From a virus, in IMG/VR virus record IMGVR_UViG_3300021560_000013, positions 32,001 through 96,000 of that record: a DNA stretch of 64,000 nucleotides; one strand, given 5' to 3'. The notes beneath the pieces were generated by a model that did not search any database, was not told where the DNA came from, and was given only the letters and a program-made list of their open reading frames with translations. The position numbers were made by a program, and so were the translations under genes. Shown piece after piece: positions 27,797 through 36,371 of this stretch; position 1 is the first letter of the stretch, and the number at the start of each line of letters is the position of its first letter.

Positions 27797-28510
27797 GTGA
27801 GTGCCACTGAGCAGGAACCTGCCGACCAGCAGGACGGCCAGAAGGATCTGTCGTTCAGCGAACGAGTCGCGCTCGACGTGCTGGCGATCTTCGCCGCCCG
27901 CGACATGATTGCTGACGGCGCGGTGGACATGTACGCCGTAGCCGACGAGATCCAGCCCACGATCTTCGACGCGAAGGTCAAGGTCGAGGGCGACCGTTCC
28001 AAGGTCGGAGTCACACCGTCTCACCTGATGGACAAGCACTTCCCCGAGGTGCCCAAGCGCGACAGCGTGGACAGCACCGACGCGGATCTCCTGGACTACA
28101 CCGACGCGGTCTACGCCAAGGTGAAGGACCAGGTGTTCCGAGTGTTGAACATCATGCCGGACGGCATCATCCAGTCCCGCCTCGCCTCCGCGCTGGGCGA
28201 AGGCTGGGTGCTGTGTCGCATGAAGGGCAAGCGCGGTGCCGAGGAGGTTGCGTACGTCTCTCGCAGCCGCAAGTGCATCGACGCGGACAACAACGGCCCG
28301 GCGTACCACCGGGTCCAGCTGGCTATCGCTCGCGCGTCGGCACTGACCGGCATGTCGATCGAGCGGGTGCCCGAGCACGGCACCTGGTTCCAGCGGCAGC
28401 ACAAGCGGTCGCTGAAGAACAGCCTCGAAGCCGGTGACAACGTGGTCATCGCGGCGCTCGACTCGGGGGACGAACCCGACGACGGCCCCGACGAGGACGA
28501 CGATGAGTAG
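27797..28510 (+). CDS. Hypothetical protein
   Basis: 237-aa ORF with phage codon use and an acidic tail. Confidence 0.7.
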   Translation: MSATEQEPADQQDGQKDLSFSERVALDVLAIFAARDMIADGAVDMYAVADEIQPTIFDAKVKVEGDRSKVGVTPSHLMDKHFPEVPKRDSVDSTDADLLDYTDAVYAKVKDQVFRVLNIMPDGIIQSRLASALGEGWVLCRMKGKRGAEEVAYVSRSRKCIDADNNGPAYHRVQLAIARASALTGMSIERVPEHGTWFQRQHKRSLKNSLEAGDNVVIAALDSGDEPDDGPDEDDDE

Positions 28511-28516
28511 TACCCA

Positions 28517-28538
28517 GGGAGCCCCTTCGGGGGCTCCC
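28517..28538 (+). terminator. UUCG hairpin (terminator or stabiliser)
   Basis: GGGAGCCCC-TTCG-GGGGCTCCC just after the stop at 28510. Confidence 0.55.
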
Positions 28539-28559
28539 GACCCTAACCCGGAGAAGCGG

Positions 28560-29213
28560 GTGACCTGGCAGCTTACCGAGGCCGGTGTTCACCCGTGGGA
28601 GGACGACGGCGTGATTGGCTGGGTGATCGTCCGGCTGAAGGCCGGGGCGACCGCGTACCAGATCCGCGCCGAGTCGGTGGACGGCGCGGAGGGCTGGCCC
28701 GAGCCCGGCGTGTACCTGGGCCAGAACGCTGCCGAGAAGGCGGTGGCTGTCGCCAAGGACCGCATCCGGCACGAGCGCGGCGCGCCGACGATCAAGGCCC
28801 AGGCGAAGAAGCCGAAGGCGACCGAGGGCGGCAAGCGGGTGCGCCAGCTGCACGAGGCCAAGCGCGCCGGGCAGCGCGACGCCGAGGATGAGGTGTTCAA
28901 GATGCAGGTGGCGCTCGCGGAGACGATCAGTTTCCTGGAGCGGTTCGACCTGCCGGATCTCACCTGGTCCGAGGACGTGCAGGAGCACCTGAACGACATC
29001 GTCCACGACCTGGAGCGCTGCCGGGGCTGGAACGAGCGGGCGGTGGACACGGTGTGGGCGATGATGGATGACGTGAGCCGCCAGCGGCGGATCCGCGATC
29101 TGCGCCGCCGCGCCGACGATCCAAGCTCGACCAGCTGGGAGCGCCGGAACGCTCGCGAGTTGTACGAGAAGCTGGAGCGGAAGTACCGCCAGCAGAAGAA
29201 CCTCGGTGCTTAG
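28560..29213 (+). CDS. Hypothetical coiled-coil protein
   Basis: GGAG RBS before GTG 28560; alternative ATG at 28503. Confidence 0.65.
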   Translation: MTWQLTEAGVHPWEDDGVIGWVIVRLKAGATAYQIRAESVDGAEGWPEPGVYLGQNAAEKAVAVAKDRIRHERGAPTIKAQAKKPKATEGGKRVRQLHEAKRAGQRDAEDEVFKMQVALAETISFLERFDLPDLTWSEDVQEHLNDIVHDLERCRGWNERAVDTVWAMMDDVSRQRRIRDLRRRADDPSSTSWERRNARELYEKLERKYRQQKNLGA

Positions 29214-29608
29214 GCGGCAGCGGCGGTGGCGGCAGCCTCGCGCTGCCGCTTACGCTCCGCTCGCTGCCACCGGCGGCGCTTGCGTCCTTCGACCTTCGCG
29301 CACAGCGGGCAGTGAGAGCCGCGCCGGAAGAACTTCGTGATTGCGGGCTGCTGCACCCCCAGCGACTCCCCGATCTCCCGGTCGCTGTAGCCCATGTCGC
29401 GAAGCTCGTGGACGGCGTGCCGGATCAGGTCGTCGTACGTGTCGCGCAACCCCCGGATCTGCTCCAGCGAATACGTGTCCTCGTACCCGTCGGTGAAGCG
29501 CTCTCCTAAGCTCTCGTACGTCCGGGTGATCATGCCCATGAGTTCGGACACTTCGTCGGTCGGGAACGGCCTTCGCTCATTCCTCCAGGAATGACTCGAA
29601 TCGCTCAT
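29210..29608 (-). CDS. Helix-turn-helix DNA-binding protein with C-terminal CxxC
   Basis: AVHELRDMGYSDREIGESLGVQQPAITKFF; own promoter and RBS motif. Confidence 0.7.
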   Translation of the reverse strand: MSDSSHSWRNERRPFPTDEVSELMGMITRTYESLGERFTDGYEDTYSLEQIRGLRDTYDDLIRHAVHELRDMGYSDREIGESLGVQQPAITKFFRRGSHCPLCAKVEGRKRRRWQRAERKRQREAAATAAAA

Positions 29609-29638
29609 TGGCTCTCTCCTTGGTCGGGGTCCACCTAG

Positions 29639-29661
29639 AGTATAGCGCACGATGTGAGCCA
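29639..29661 (-). promoter_or_regulatory. 19-bp palindrome fused to -10 box TATACT
   Basis: Minus strand TGGCTCACATCGTGCGCTA-TACT. Confidence 0.75.
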
Positions 29662-29666
29662 GCACA

Positions 29667-30281
29667 ATGCCGCCGAGCCGGTCCGTAACATCTCACGTCG
29701 TGCGCATCACCCGCCCCGATCGAGACCCTGACCTGGAGTTCCGCGTGGTCGGCCACAGCGCGCCCGGCGGCTCGAAGGACGTGGGCGTGATCTACCGCAA
29801 CGGGCCGAACGGCACGAAGGTGCCGGTCACCGACGCCAAGGGCAAGATCAAGACGTTCGTCCGCGACAAGTCCGGCCAGGCCGGGAAGGACTGGCGGACG
29901 ACCGTCGCGACCACGGGCCTGGCGGCGCTCGTCCAGGCGGGCCTTGAGCGGTTCGACGGGCCGCTGTACGTCGAGCTAACGATCATCCGCCCGCGCGGCC
30001 CCGGCCACTACGGTTCGGGCCGGAACGCGGGGCGGCTCCTCCCTTCCGCACCCGCGTTCCCAGCTGTCGCCCCGGACGTGACGAAGCTCACCCGCTCCAC
30101 CGAGGATGCCCTGAACTCGGTCGTCTGGAACGACGACTCGCGCAACGTCGCCCTGCTGACCGAGAAGGTCTACGCTGAGCCCGGCGAGCCCGAGGGCGCG
30201 GAAGTGAAGATTTGGACCCTGCCCGCGACTGTCGGCAGGGTCGAGGCGGATCCGGACCAGCTGGAGATGGCCGTCGCCTGA
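29667..30281 (+). CDS. rusA: RusA-like Holliday junction resolvase
   Basis: PDVTKLTRSTEDAL...WNDDSR...KVY; start could be GTG 29700. Confidence 0.8.
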   Translation: MPPSRSVTSHVVRITRPDRDPDLEFRVVGHSAPGGSKDVGVIYRNGPNGTKVPVTDAKGKIKTFVRDKSGQAGKDWRTTVATTGLAALVQAGLERFDGPLYVELTIIRPRGPGHYGSGRNAGRLLPSAPAFPAVAPDVTKLTRSTEDALNSVVWNDDSRNVALLTEKVYAEPGEPEGAEVKIWTLPATVGRVEADPDQLEMAVA

Positions 30282-30337
30282 AGCTCACGCCGAGGAGACG
30301 ACCGGCCCCAGGCTCACGCCGGGGCCGGTCACCCCGG

Positions 30338-30829
30338 TCAGTCGTCGCCGGTGAAGTCCGGGTTGTGGAACAGCACCTCGGGGTCGTCGCGCGAGCGCAG
30401 GAAGCGCGGCTCGCCGTTGGAGTCCGTCTCGTCAATGAGGTGATCCACCGCGTGCTCGACAGCGCACCAGACCGCGTACTGCCAGACCGCCTTCGCGATG
30501 TCCAGCGAGTCGCCGTTCAGGTACAGCGGGTTGCGGCGCATGAAGCTGCGCACGTAGCCGATCAGCGAGCCGTTCTCGATCCGGAACCGGAACTCCTGCG
30601 CGATCGCGTACGTGAGGATCTCGCCCTTCTCCTCGTCCGAGCGCTCCTCGCCCGGCTCAAGCTCCCGGTCGGCCCACTCGGCTATGTCTAGCTCCTCCGC
30701 GCGCTCCAGCGCCTTCGCGGTGCGCCGTTCGATCCGGGTCACGACGGCGCGCTCCAGCATCGCGAGGGCGTGGCGCTCGGGGCCACCGGACGGCGGGCGC
30801 TTGCGCGGCGGTTTGCGCTTACGTGGCAC
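30338..30829 (-). CDS. Hypothetical protein
   Basis: Overlaps the upstream gene; phage codon use. Confidence 0.6.
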   Translation of the reverse strand: MPRKRKPPRKRPPSGGPERHALAMLERAVVTRIERRTAKALERAEELDIAEWADRELEPGEERSDEEKGEILTYAIAQEFRFRIENGSLIGYVRSFMRRNPLYLNGDSLDIAKAVWQYAVWCAVEHAVDHLIDETDSNGEPRFLRSRDDPEVLFHNPDFTGDD

Positions 30830-31451
30830 GGCGCGCGGCGTCCTTCATCTGCCTGGACAGCGTCTCGATCGTCTCCTGCGGGACGGTCGGCTCGACCCCT
30901 TCGACGCCGAGGCCGGTCGGGATGCCGTCCTCCCAGGCGCGCTGGCGCGTGCCGATCGTGTAGCCCCGCTGGCGGTCGGCGGCGTGGTCGGTCGTGTCCA
31001 CCTCGTCCAGCACGTCGAAGCCACCGCCGAGACCGAGCGGCGAGCCCGCGTCCGGCGGGAGCACCCACAGGTGGTACTCGTTCGCGCCGTCCTTCAGGTT
31101 CCACTCGGGCGGGAAGATCTGGATCGCCTCACGGTCACGCCCGGCCACCTCGTTCTTGATCGCCTGGATGTGCCGCCAGTCATAGATCGCCGCGCGGTCG
31201 TTCCGCTTGTAGCTCAGGTGCATCGAGCCGTCCTCGAACTCCAGGCCGAACCCGTTGTAGAGCCGGTTGCCGAACGCGAACGCCCGCACGGCCCGCTGCG
31301 GGTTGCGGTACTGGTAGAAGTGCTCGCGCCCGTCGCTGCGGTGGTACACCTGCGACATCGCGGAGACGCCCGGCGGCGTCGAGTCCACGAGCCACATCGG
31401 ATTCCAGCTGGCCTTCGCCGGGTTGCCGCCCGGACGCTTGCGCTTAGCCAT
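30819..31451 (-). CDS. Conserved phage hypothetical protein
   Basis: HLSYKR.D...W..IQAIKNEVAG.DREA..IFPP...ANEYHLW is a recurrent phage motif. Confidence 0.7.
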   Translation of the reverse strand: MAKRKRPGGNPAKASWNPMWLVDSTPPGVSAMSQVYHRSDGREHFYQYRNPQRAVRAFAFGNRLYNGFGLEFEDGSMHLSYKRNDRAAIYDWRHIQAIKNEVAGRDREAIQIFPPEWNLKDGANEYHLWVLPPDAGSPLGLGGGFDVLDEVDTTDHAADRQRGYTIGTRQRAWEDGIPTGLGVEGVEPTVPQETIETLSRQMKDAARRAT

Positions 31452-31726
31452 CACGCCCACCCCGCCAGCACGTCCACCTGCTTGCGGCCCTGGCGGCTGC
31501 GCTCCATCGCCGCCTGGTGCTCGTCGCCGTCGGCGCGAGCCTGGTGGTAGAGGTAGGTCTCAAGCTCGGCGGTCAGCACGTTGCGCATGGCCGTCCGGTC
31601 CAGGCTGGTGGACAGCTGCGCGATCGTGACCGCGTGCAGCAGCGCGTCCACGCGCGCCTTGGACTTGGACGCCAGCAGCTTGAACGTGACCGGCTGCTCG
31701 CGCTTGATCTGCTCGCGGGAAGCCAT
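31451..31726 (-). CDS. Hypothetical protein
   Basis: Coupled to both neighbours. Confidence 0.6.
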   Translation of the reverse strand: MASREQIKREQPVTFKLLASKSKARVDALLHAVTIAQLSTSLDRTAMRNVLTAELETYLYHQARADGDEHQAAMERSRQGRKQVDVLAGWA

Positions 31727-31727
31727 C

Positions 31728-31979
31728 TCAGTAGTCGGGCGGGAAGATCCCGCGCATGTCGCGCTCGAACATCTCATCCTCGATCCGCTGCTCTTCCAGC
31801 TGGACCTGGCGCTCCGTCTCGGCGCGCTCCTCGGGGGTCGTCCAGAACCCGGCCAGGTAGCCACGGTCGTCGTAAAGCTCACCGCGATCGCCCTTGGTCA
31901 GGATCTCTCCGGTCTCACCGAGCCAGAGATCGAAGGTCTCTCCGATCCAGTTGCGCTCGGTCAGCGTCAGTCGGGTCAT
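31728..31979 (-). CDS. Hypothetical acidic protein
   Basis: Preceded by the CCCGACCGAGGAG RBS motif. Confidence 0.65.
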   Translation of the reverse strand: MTRLTLTERNWIGETFDLWLGETGEILTKGDRGELYDDRGYLAGFWTTPEERAETERQVQLEEQRIEDEMFERDMRGIFPPDY

Positions 31980-32009
31980 GCTCACTCCTCGGTCGGGGGT
32001 TGCACTACA

Positions 32010-32032
32010 AGCTTAGCACACGTCGTTAGCTT
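32010..32032 (-). promoter_or_regulatory. 19-bp palindrome fused to -10 box TAAGCT
   Basis: Minus strand AAGCTAACGACGTGTGCTA-AGCT. Confidence 0.7.
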
Positions 32033-32717
32033 CGCGCGTGCGCTGCTCCATCTGCTCGATGATTCGTCGCCCGGTCTCGTAGCAGCCGCCGCGCTGGCGG
32101 TTGCTGAGCGCGCCGTAGACGATCCACGGCCAGCGCTTCTGAAGCGCGTCCGCCAGCAGCCGGTTGAACGCGGTGCCGTGGACGCCGACGCGCCGCCCGC
32201 GCTTGTCGCGGTCGAGAGGGCCGTCGGCCATGTGCGCCGCCTCGTGGTAGATCAGCCACAGTCCCTCCTCGTAGCTGGCCTTGCCGAACGTGAACCACAC
32301 GTCGAAGCCGCCGAGGATCGCGCGGCCCGTGTGATGGCCCTTGTCGCCCCGGCGGATCTTGATGTTGATGTCGGAGATCGTCGGCTTGTGCCCGTAGGCC
32401 CAGCCGTTGAAGTAGCCCATCGCCGTCAGCGCCGTGCGTAGCTCGGTCTTCACGTCCAGGTCACGCTCGACGCCGTTCGCGTCCTTCAGCGTGACCAGCC
32501 AGCGCGCCCGCTCCGCGTCCGCCTTCCGGCGGGCCTTGGTGGCGGACCTGGCGGCAGCCTCTTCGCGGCGGCGCTCCAGGCTCGGAGCCGTCCGCTGGAC
32601 CAGCCTGCCGGTCTTCGCGCTACAGCGCAGGCAGTAGCGCCGGACATCGTCCATGCGCGGGCGCTGCGGCCCGTTGACGCCGCCGCCGCAGCTGGGGCAC
32701 ACCCATCGGACCGCCAT
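32013..32717 (-). CDS. SprT-like zinc metalloprotease with an N-terminal Zn ribbon
   Basis: CPSC...CLRC; HEAAH...HGTAF. Confidence 0.65.
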   Translation of the reverse strand: MAVRWVCPSCGGGVNGPQRPRMDDVRRYCLRCSAKTGRLVQRTAPSLERRREEAAARSATKARRKADAERARWLVTLKDANGVERDLDVKTELRTALTAMGYFNGWAYGHKPTISDINIKIRRGDKGHHTGRAILGGFDVWFTFGKASYEEGLWLIYHEAAHMADGPLDRDKRGRRVGVHGTAFNRLLADALQKRWPWIVYGALSNRQRGGCYETGRRIIEQMEQRTREANDVC

Positions 32718-32914
32718 CAGAACAGCCTCGGGGTCCGGCGTGTGCCGAGATGCCAGCCGTCGCACACCGTGCAGTGGTACGGGAAGCAGTTGTGCCCGTA
32801 GCGCTCGATGTGCATGCGCGCGTCGTGCTCGGAGGCGAACCGGCGCTTGGGCGAGCCGTCCGCTCGGAAGTGCTCGCCCACGATCCGCTCCTTGCCACGC
32901 TTGCGGCTAGGCAA
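32717..32914 (-). CDS. Small zinc-finger protein
   Basis: PYHCTVCDGWHL. Confidence 0.6.
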   Translation of the reverse strand: MPSRKRGKERIVGEHFRADGSPKRRFASEHDARMHIERYGHNCFPYHCTVCDGWHLGTRRTPRLF

Positions 32915-33158
32915 GGCCGCGCTCCTTCAGCGCGAGCAGGTCGTCCAGCCCGCGCAGTGCTTCGCGCTTGTGCGACTCGCCGGTGCAGGCGTCGCCCACG
33001 AACGCGCCGCAGTGGCGGCAGCCGGACGTGAGCCCGGTCTCGATCCCGCGCGCCCACCGAGCACCGTCCTCGCGGGCCTGCGCCTGGGCGTCAGGGTCCG
33101 CGAGGAACCGAGCGTTCTCGGCGGCGATGGCGCGATCGACTTCTCGCTCCAGGCTCAT
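32907..33158 (-). CDS. Hypothetical protein with CxxC
   Basis: ATGA overlap with the upstream gene. Confidence 0.55.
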   Translation of the reverse strand: MSLEREVDRAIAAENARFLADPDAQAQAREDGARWARGIETGLTSGCRHCGAFVGDACTGESHKREALRGLDDLLALKERGLA

Positions 33159-33814
33159 GTCATCCAGCTTTCGCTGTAGGCGGTCACGCCCGCTTCGCGG
33201 AGGACCGCAGCGACGGCCTGCGCTGCCGCTTCCCAGCGGGTCAGCGACTGCGAGCCGCGCTCGCCGCAGATGCTGTGGGGGTAGAGATTGACCCCGCCCC
33301 GGTAGCTGTCGGCTCGGCCCATGCCTTCCTTGACCAGGAAGCGCGCGAACCGCGATCCGCCCGGCTTGATGTTGACCCAGGCCGTGCCGCACACGCCCTC
33401 GGGGACGTTGTAGACCGGCTCGTTCGGATCCGCCCCGCCGTCATCGCCGCCCATCCGGGAGGCCATCATGTTCTTCGGCGTGTACACCACCATCGGCGCG
33501 GGGATCGCCTCACGGTATGCCGTCTCGCCAGCCTCAGCTGCTCGCGCGATGAGAGCCTTCATCTCAGGCTTGCTCATCTTGATCGAGCCGCCGCCGCCGC
33601 TCACGCGCCTGACGCACGTCGTGCAGATCTCATAGTCCCGCATGCCTTCTGCGGACTTGCGCTCGATCCGCCCGCGCTGCCAGCTGCCACGCCGGTCACC
33701 CTTCACCTCGGCAACGTCCTTACCGCATATCGTGCGGCTAGACTCTGCGTCGGCTGCGTAGTGCCAGCGTGGTTGGCGATAGGCACCCGGATTGTTCTTC
33801 CGGATGACTTCCAT
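33155..33814 (-). CDS. Conserved phage hypothetical protein
   Basis: GVCGTAWVNIKP...QSL.R.EA.A.A.A.VL motif; RBS motif upstream. Confidence 0.7.
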   Translation of the reverse strand: MEVIRKNNPGAYRQPRWHYAADAESSRTICGKDVAEVKGDRRGSWQRGRIERKSAEGMRDYEICTTCVRRVSGGGGSIKMSKPEMKALIARAAEAGETAYREAIPAPMVVYTPKNMMASRMGGDDGGADPNEPVYNVPEGVCGTAWVNIKPGGSRFARFLVKEGMGRADSYRGGVNLYPHSICGERGSQSLTRWEAAAQAVAAVLREAGVTAYSESWMT

Positions 33815-33866
33815 CTCGTTCGTACCTCCTCGGTCGGGGAAGGCGGGGGGATCACCCCGCACACTG

Positions 33867-33889
33867 ATGATAGCATACATCGAGTGCTA
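33867..33889. promoter_or_regulatory. Palindrome serving divergent promoters
   Basis: TAGCATACATCGAGTGCTA; minus -10 TATCAT; plus-strand TAGCAT lies 7 nt before GTG 33884. Confidence 0.65.
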
Positions 33890-34225
33890 AGGCCACTGCC
33901 GGATCACCGGTCTAAGACTGGGCGAGATCGCTTCTGGCCGCGTGTGACGATCGGGGAGCCGGACGAATGCTGGCCGTGGCAAGGACCGCCGGACAGTCAA
34001 GGCTACGGGCAGGTCAGCGCGGACCGTCGCCCGAGGCGTACGCACCTGCTCGCCTATGAGCTTGCGATCGGGCCGATCCCCGAGGGCAAGGTGATCCACC
34101 ACGCATGTGAGAACCGGCTCTGCTGCAACCCGGCACACCTCGAACCGAAGACGGCTCCAGATCATGCTCGCGACCACGCCGATGCGAGGGCGCACTACGA
34201 ACTTCTGCCGTGGTACGGCCCGTAG
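33884..34225 (+). CDS. HNH endonuclease
   Basis: RFW..V...ECWPWQG...GYG...H.LAYE...HHACENRLCCNPAHL. Confidence 0.8.
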   Translation: MLRPLPDHRSKTGRDRFWPRVTIGEPDECWPWQGPPDSQGYGQVSADRRPRRTHLLAYELAIGPIPEGKVIHHACENRLCCNPAHLEPKTAPDHARDHADARAHYELLPWYGP

Positions 34226-34227
34226 TC

Positions 34228-34250
34228 TCGCGCACGACGTGTGCTAAGCT
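34228..34250 (+). promoter_or_regulatory. Palindrome + -10 TAAGCT
   Basis: TCGCGCACGACGTGTGCTA-AGCT. Confidence 0.7.
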
Positions 34251-34284
34251 GGCTGCCGATCAATCCAAGACCGAGGAGGTCACG

Positions 34285-34575
34285 ATGACAACAGCAGCCC
34301 CGGTGCGGGCACCGGAACGCGACTGGACGAAGCATCGGTACGAGCTTGTCCCGATCGTGGACAACCAGCACCGGTACCCGCACATCATCGTGGGCGATTA
34401 CGTCCACACGAGCACCGGAGAGCATCGCGCGATCCTGCTCGCGGAAGCCCTGATGGGCGACCACGCGCAGATCGAGCGCATGCACGTCTACCACAGCCAC
34501 CCGTCGCCGGGTCCGATGCGCCGCTACGTCGGGCGCGTCCTCCGGGGCGAGTCGGTCATCCGGCGTCCGCTCTAG
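34285..34575 (+). CDS. Hypothetical protein
   Basis: GACCGAGGAGG RBS. Confidence 0.65.
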   Translation: MTTAAPVRAPERDWTKHRYELVPIVDNQHRYPHIIVGDYVHTSTGEHRAILLAEALMGDHAQIERMHVYHSHPSPGPMRRYVGRVLRGESVIRRPL

Positions 34576-34595
34576 CACGCGTCGTGTGCTAAACT
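34573..34595 (+). promoter_or_regulatory. Palindrome + -10 TAAACT
   Basis: TAGCACGCGTCGTGTGCTA-AACT; TAG is the upstream stop codon. Confidence 0.75.
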
Positions 34596-34626
34596 GGTCG
34601 GCGTATCCCCGACCGAAGGAGACGCG

Positions 34627-34815
34627 ATGCACACTGGCTATGACGACCTGGTGTGGGTACCGAGCGGCCACAACGACGGCTACTCGTACGCCACGGTCGT
34701 GCTTGGCAGGAACGACACAGCCTGGAACCCGGCGAGCACGAAGCACGTCATCTACGGCCCGGCCAAGGTGACCTACGAGCGGAGCCCGGCCAGCATCACC
34801 GGCTACGTCGAATGA
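34627..34815 (+). CDS. Hypothetical protein
   Basis: RBS motif variant upstream. Confidence 0.6.
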   Translation: MHTGYDDLVWVPSGHNDGYSYATVVLGRNDTAWNPASTKHVIYGPAKVTYERSPASITGYVE

Positions 34816-35141
34816 CCACCCGCAAGGCGGCGCGCAGGAGGCGCGCCGCCAAGCCACGCCCGGCCAAGAACCCGCGCGAGGAGGAGCGCGACGCCAAGAA
34901 GCAGGAGCGCCAGCTAGAGCGCGCTCGCGCGGCGGCTGCCGACAAGCGCGAGACCGAGGCCCGCACGAAGCTCGGCAACATCATCCGCGAGGAGATGCAG
35001 CTGCCCCGCTGGAAGCACTGCAAGTGCGGGATCACGCTGCGCACCACCCGCGCCGAGATCGACGCGATGGGTGCGGGCTGCACTGCCGGGCGCTGGGTTT
35101 GCCCGACCCTTGACGCGATCAGGCGCAAGCTCGAACGCTAA
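34812..35141 (+). CDS. Basic Cys-containing hypothetical protein
   Basis: ATGA coupling. Confidence 0.6.
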   Translation: MTTRKAARRRRAAKPRPAKNPREEERDAKKQERQLERARAAAADKRETEARTKLGNIIREEMQLPRWKHCKCGITLRTTRAEIDAMGAGCTAGRWVCPTLDAIRRKLER

Positions 35142-35161
35142 CGCGCGTCGTGTGCTACCCT
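35139..35161 (+). promoter_or_regulatory. Palindrome + -10 TACCCT
   Basis: TAACGCGCGTCGTGTGCTA-CCCT. Confidence 0.65.
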
Positions 35162-35235
35162 GGGAGGAATCATGGAAGCACACGACACGAGACGGGAGGC
35201 GGATCGCGGCTGCCACCCCGACAGAGGGGTGAGAG

Positions 35236-35493
35236 ATGGCTAGGGACAACGGGGCGGTCGCAGGACCGCCCAAGCCGCGATCGCGCAAGCCGCTGGACAT
35301 CGTCGGCACCGCTGAGGTGGCGACGATCCTGGGCGTCGAGCGTCCGCGCATCGGACGGTGGATCAAACGCGGCGTCATGCCGCCGACGGTGGCGAACCTG
35401 CAGGCCACGCCAGTCTGGGACAGGCGGGACATCGAGCGGATGATCCCGTGGGTCGAAGAGAACCGCCGTAACCGGGAAGCGGTAGCGAGCTAG
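35236..35493 (+). CDS. AlpA/excisionase-like winged HTH protein
   Basis: IVGTAEVATILGVERPRIGRWIKRG.MP...PVW....IE. Confidence 0.7.
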   Translation: MARDNGAVAGPPKPRSRKPLDIVGTAEVATILGVERPRIGRWIKRGVMPPTVANLQATPVWDRRDIERMIPWVEENRRNREAVAS

Positions 35494-35496
35494 CGC

Positions 35497-35724
35497 GTGG
35501 CGAACACCGCCGCCGAACGCGCGAGGGCTGCGCGCGAGGCCGCGCTGGAGCGCATCCAGCGGCAGGTGGAGGAAGGGCGACTGGTCATCCGCCAGATGAC
35601 GCCCGAGGAGCGCGAGCACTGGGGACCGCCGCCACCGAAGGAGAAGAAGCGCAAGACCCCGAGCTACCGGCCATCGCTGGCGAAGCCGCACTACCACCCT
35701 GATGCCGTCCGGGAGGACGCGTAG
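35497..35724 (+). CDS. Hypothetical protein
   Basis: Contiguous small ORF. Confidence 0.55.
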   Translation: MANTAAERARAAREAALERIQRQVEEGRLVIRQMTPEEREHWGPPPPKEKKRKTPSYRPSLAKPHYHPDAVREDA

Positions 35725-35758
35725 TCTCCTTGGAGTAACCCGACCCGAGGAGGCGTAC

Positions 35759-36049
35759 ATGGCGACAGCCAACGCGAAGGTGTCTCAGGCAACCGACTAC
35801 ATCGTGCTGGTCCGCCGGGAAGTAAGAGATCCGGAGTCGGACGAGATGGTCGTCGCCTGGGTCGAGTCCGGCCACGCGTCCGCCACGGCGCGCGACAGCG
35901 CAGTCAAGGAAGTGGCGGGCGACCGCGAGGGCGTCTGGCGTCCCGTGCCGATCCGCAACTGGCAGAAGCCGATCCGGACTCGCACCGAGACGACCAGTCG
36001 CACGGTGGCCGAGGAGGTGGAGGACGAGCCCGCCGGACCCGCCATCTGA
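35759..36049 (+). CDS. Hypothetical protein
   Basis: CCCGACCCGAGGAGG RBS. Confidence 0.65.
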   Translation: MATANAKVSQATDYIVLVRREVRDPESDEMVVAWVESGHASATARDSAVKEVAGDREGVWRPVPIRNWQKPIRTRTETTSRTVAEEVEDEPAGPAI

Positions 36050-36350
36050 TCCGCCGCAGGAGGAGCAGCAGCAGCCCAAGCCGTACGACCCGAAGGAGGG
36101 CGTCGAGGACTGGGGCGGCTACGACGACCTGGCGCTGGACCAGTACAAGGCGACCGGCTTCTACCTCTCCCGGCGCAGGCTGGGAGCGACCAAGGCGCAG
36201 GCGGCGGCGATGGCGTGCGAGGTGTTCGGCCACGACGCGCCGCGCGGCCTGTGCCGCCGGTGCGGGCTCGGCGTAGATCTCACGCAGGACGCGAAGGACA
36301 AGAAGCGCGTGGCTGAGCGCGACGCGTTTCTCGCTTCCCGGCACGGCTGA
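36024..36350 (+). CDS. Coding-like frame without a canonical start (possible ACG start or frameshifted extension)
   Basis: Reads SPPDPPSDPPQEEQQQPKPYDPKEGVEDWGG...CRRC...RHG; AGGAGG lies 6 nt upstream of ACG. Confidence 0.45.
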   Translation, partial: TSPPDPPSDPPQEEQQQPKPYDPKEGVEDWGGYDDLALDQYKATGFYLSRRRLGATKAQAAAMACEVFGHDAPRGLCRRCGLGVDLTQDAKDKKRVAERDAFLASRHG

Positions 36351-36371
36351 GAGCGCCGGTACGCTGTCCCC

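Noticed and set aside
35236-35493. Excisionase implying an integration module here
   Set aside because: No integrase or att-like site was seen in the window, so lifestyle cannot be determined from this segment.
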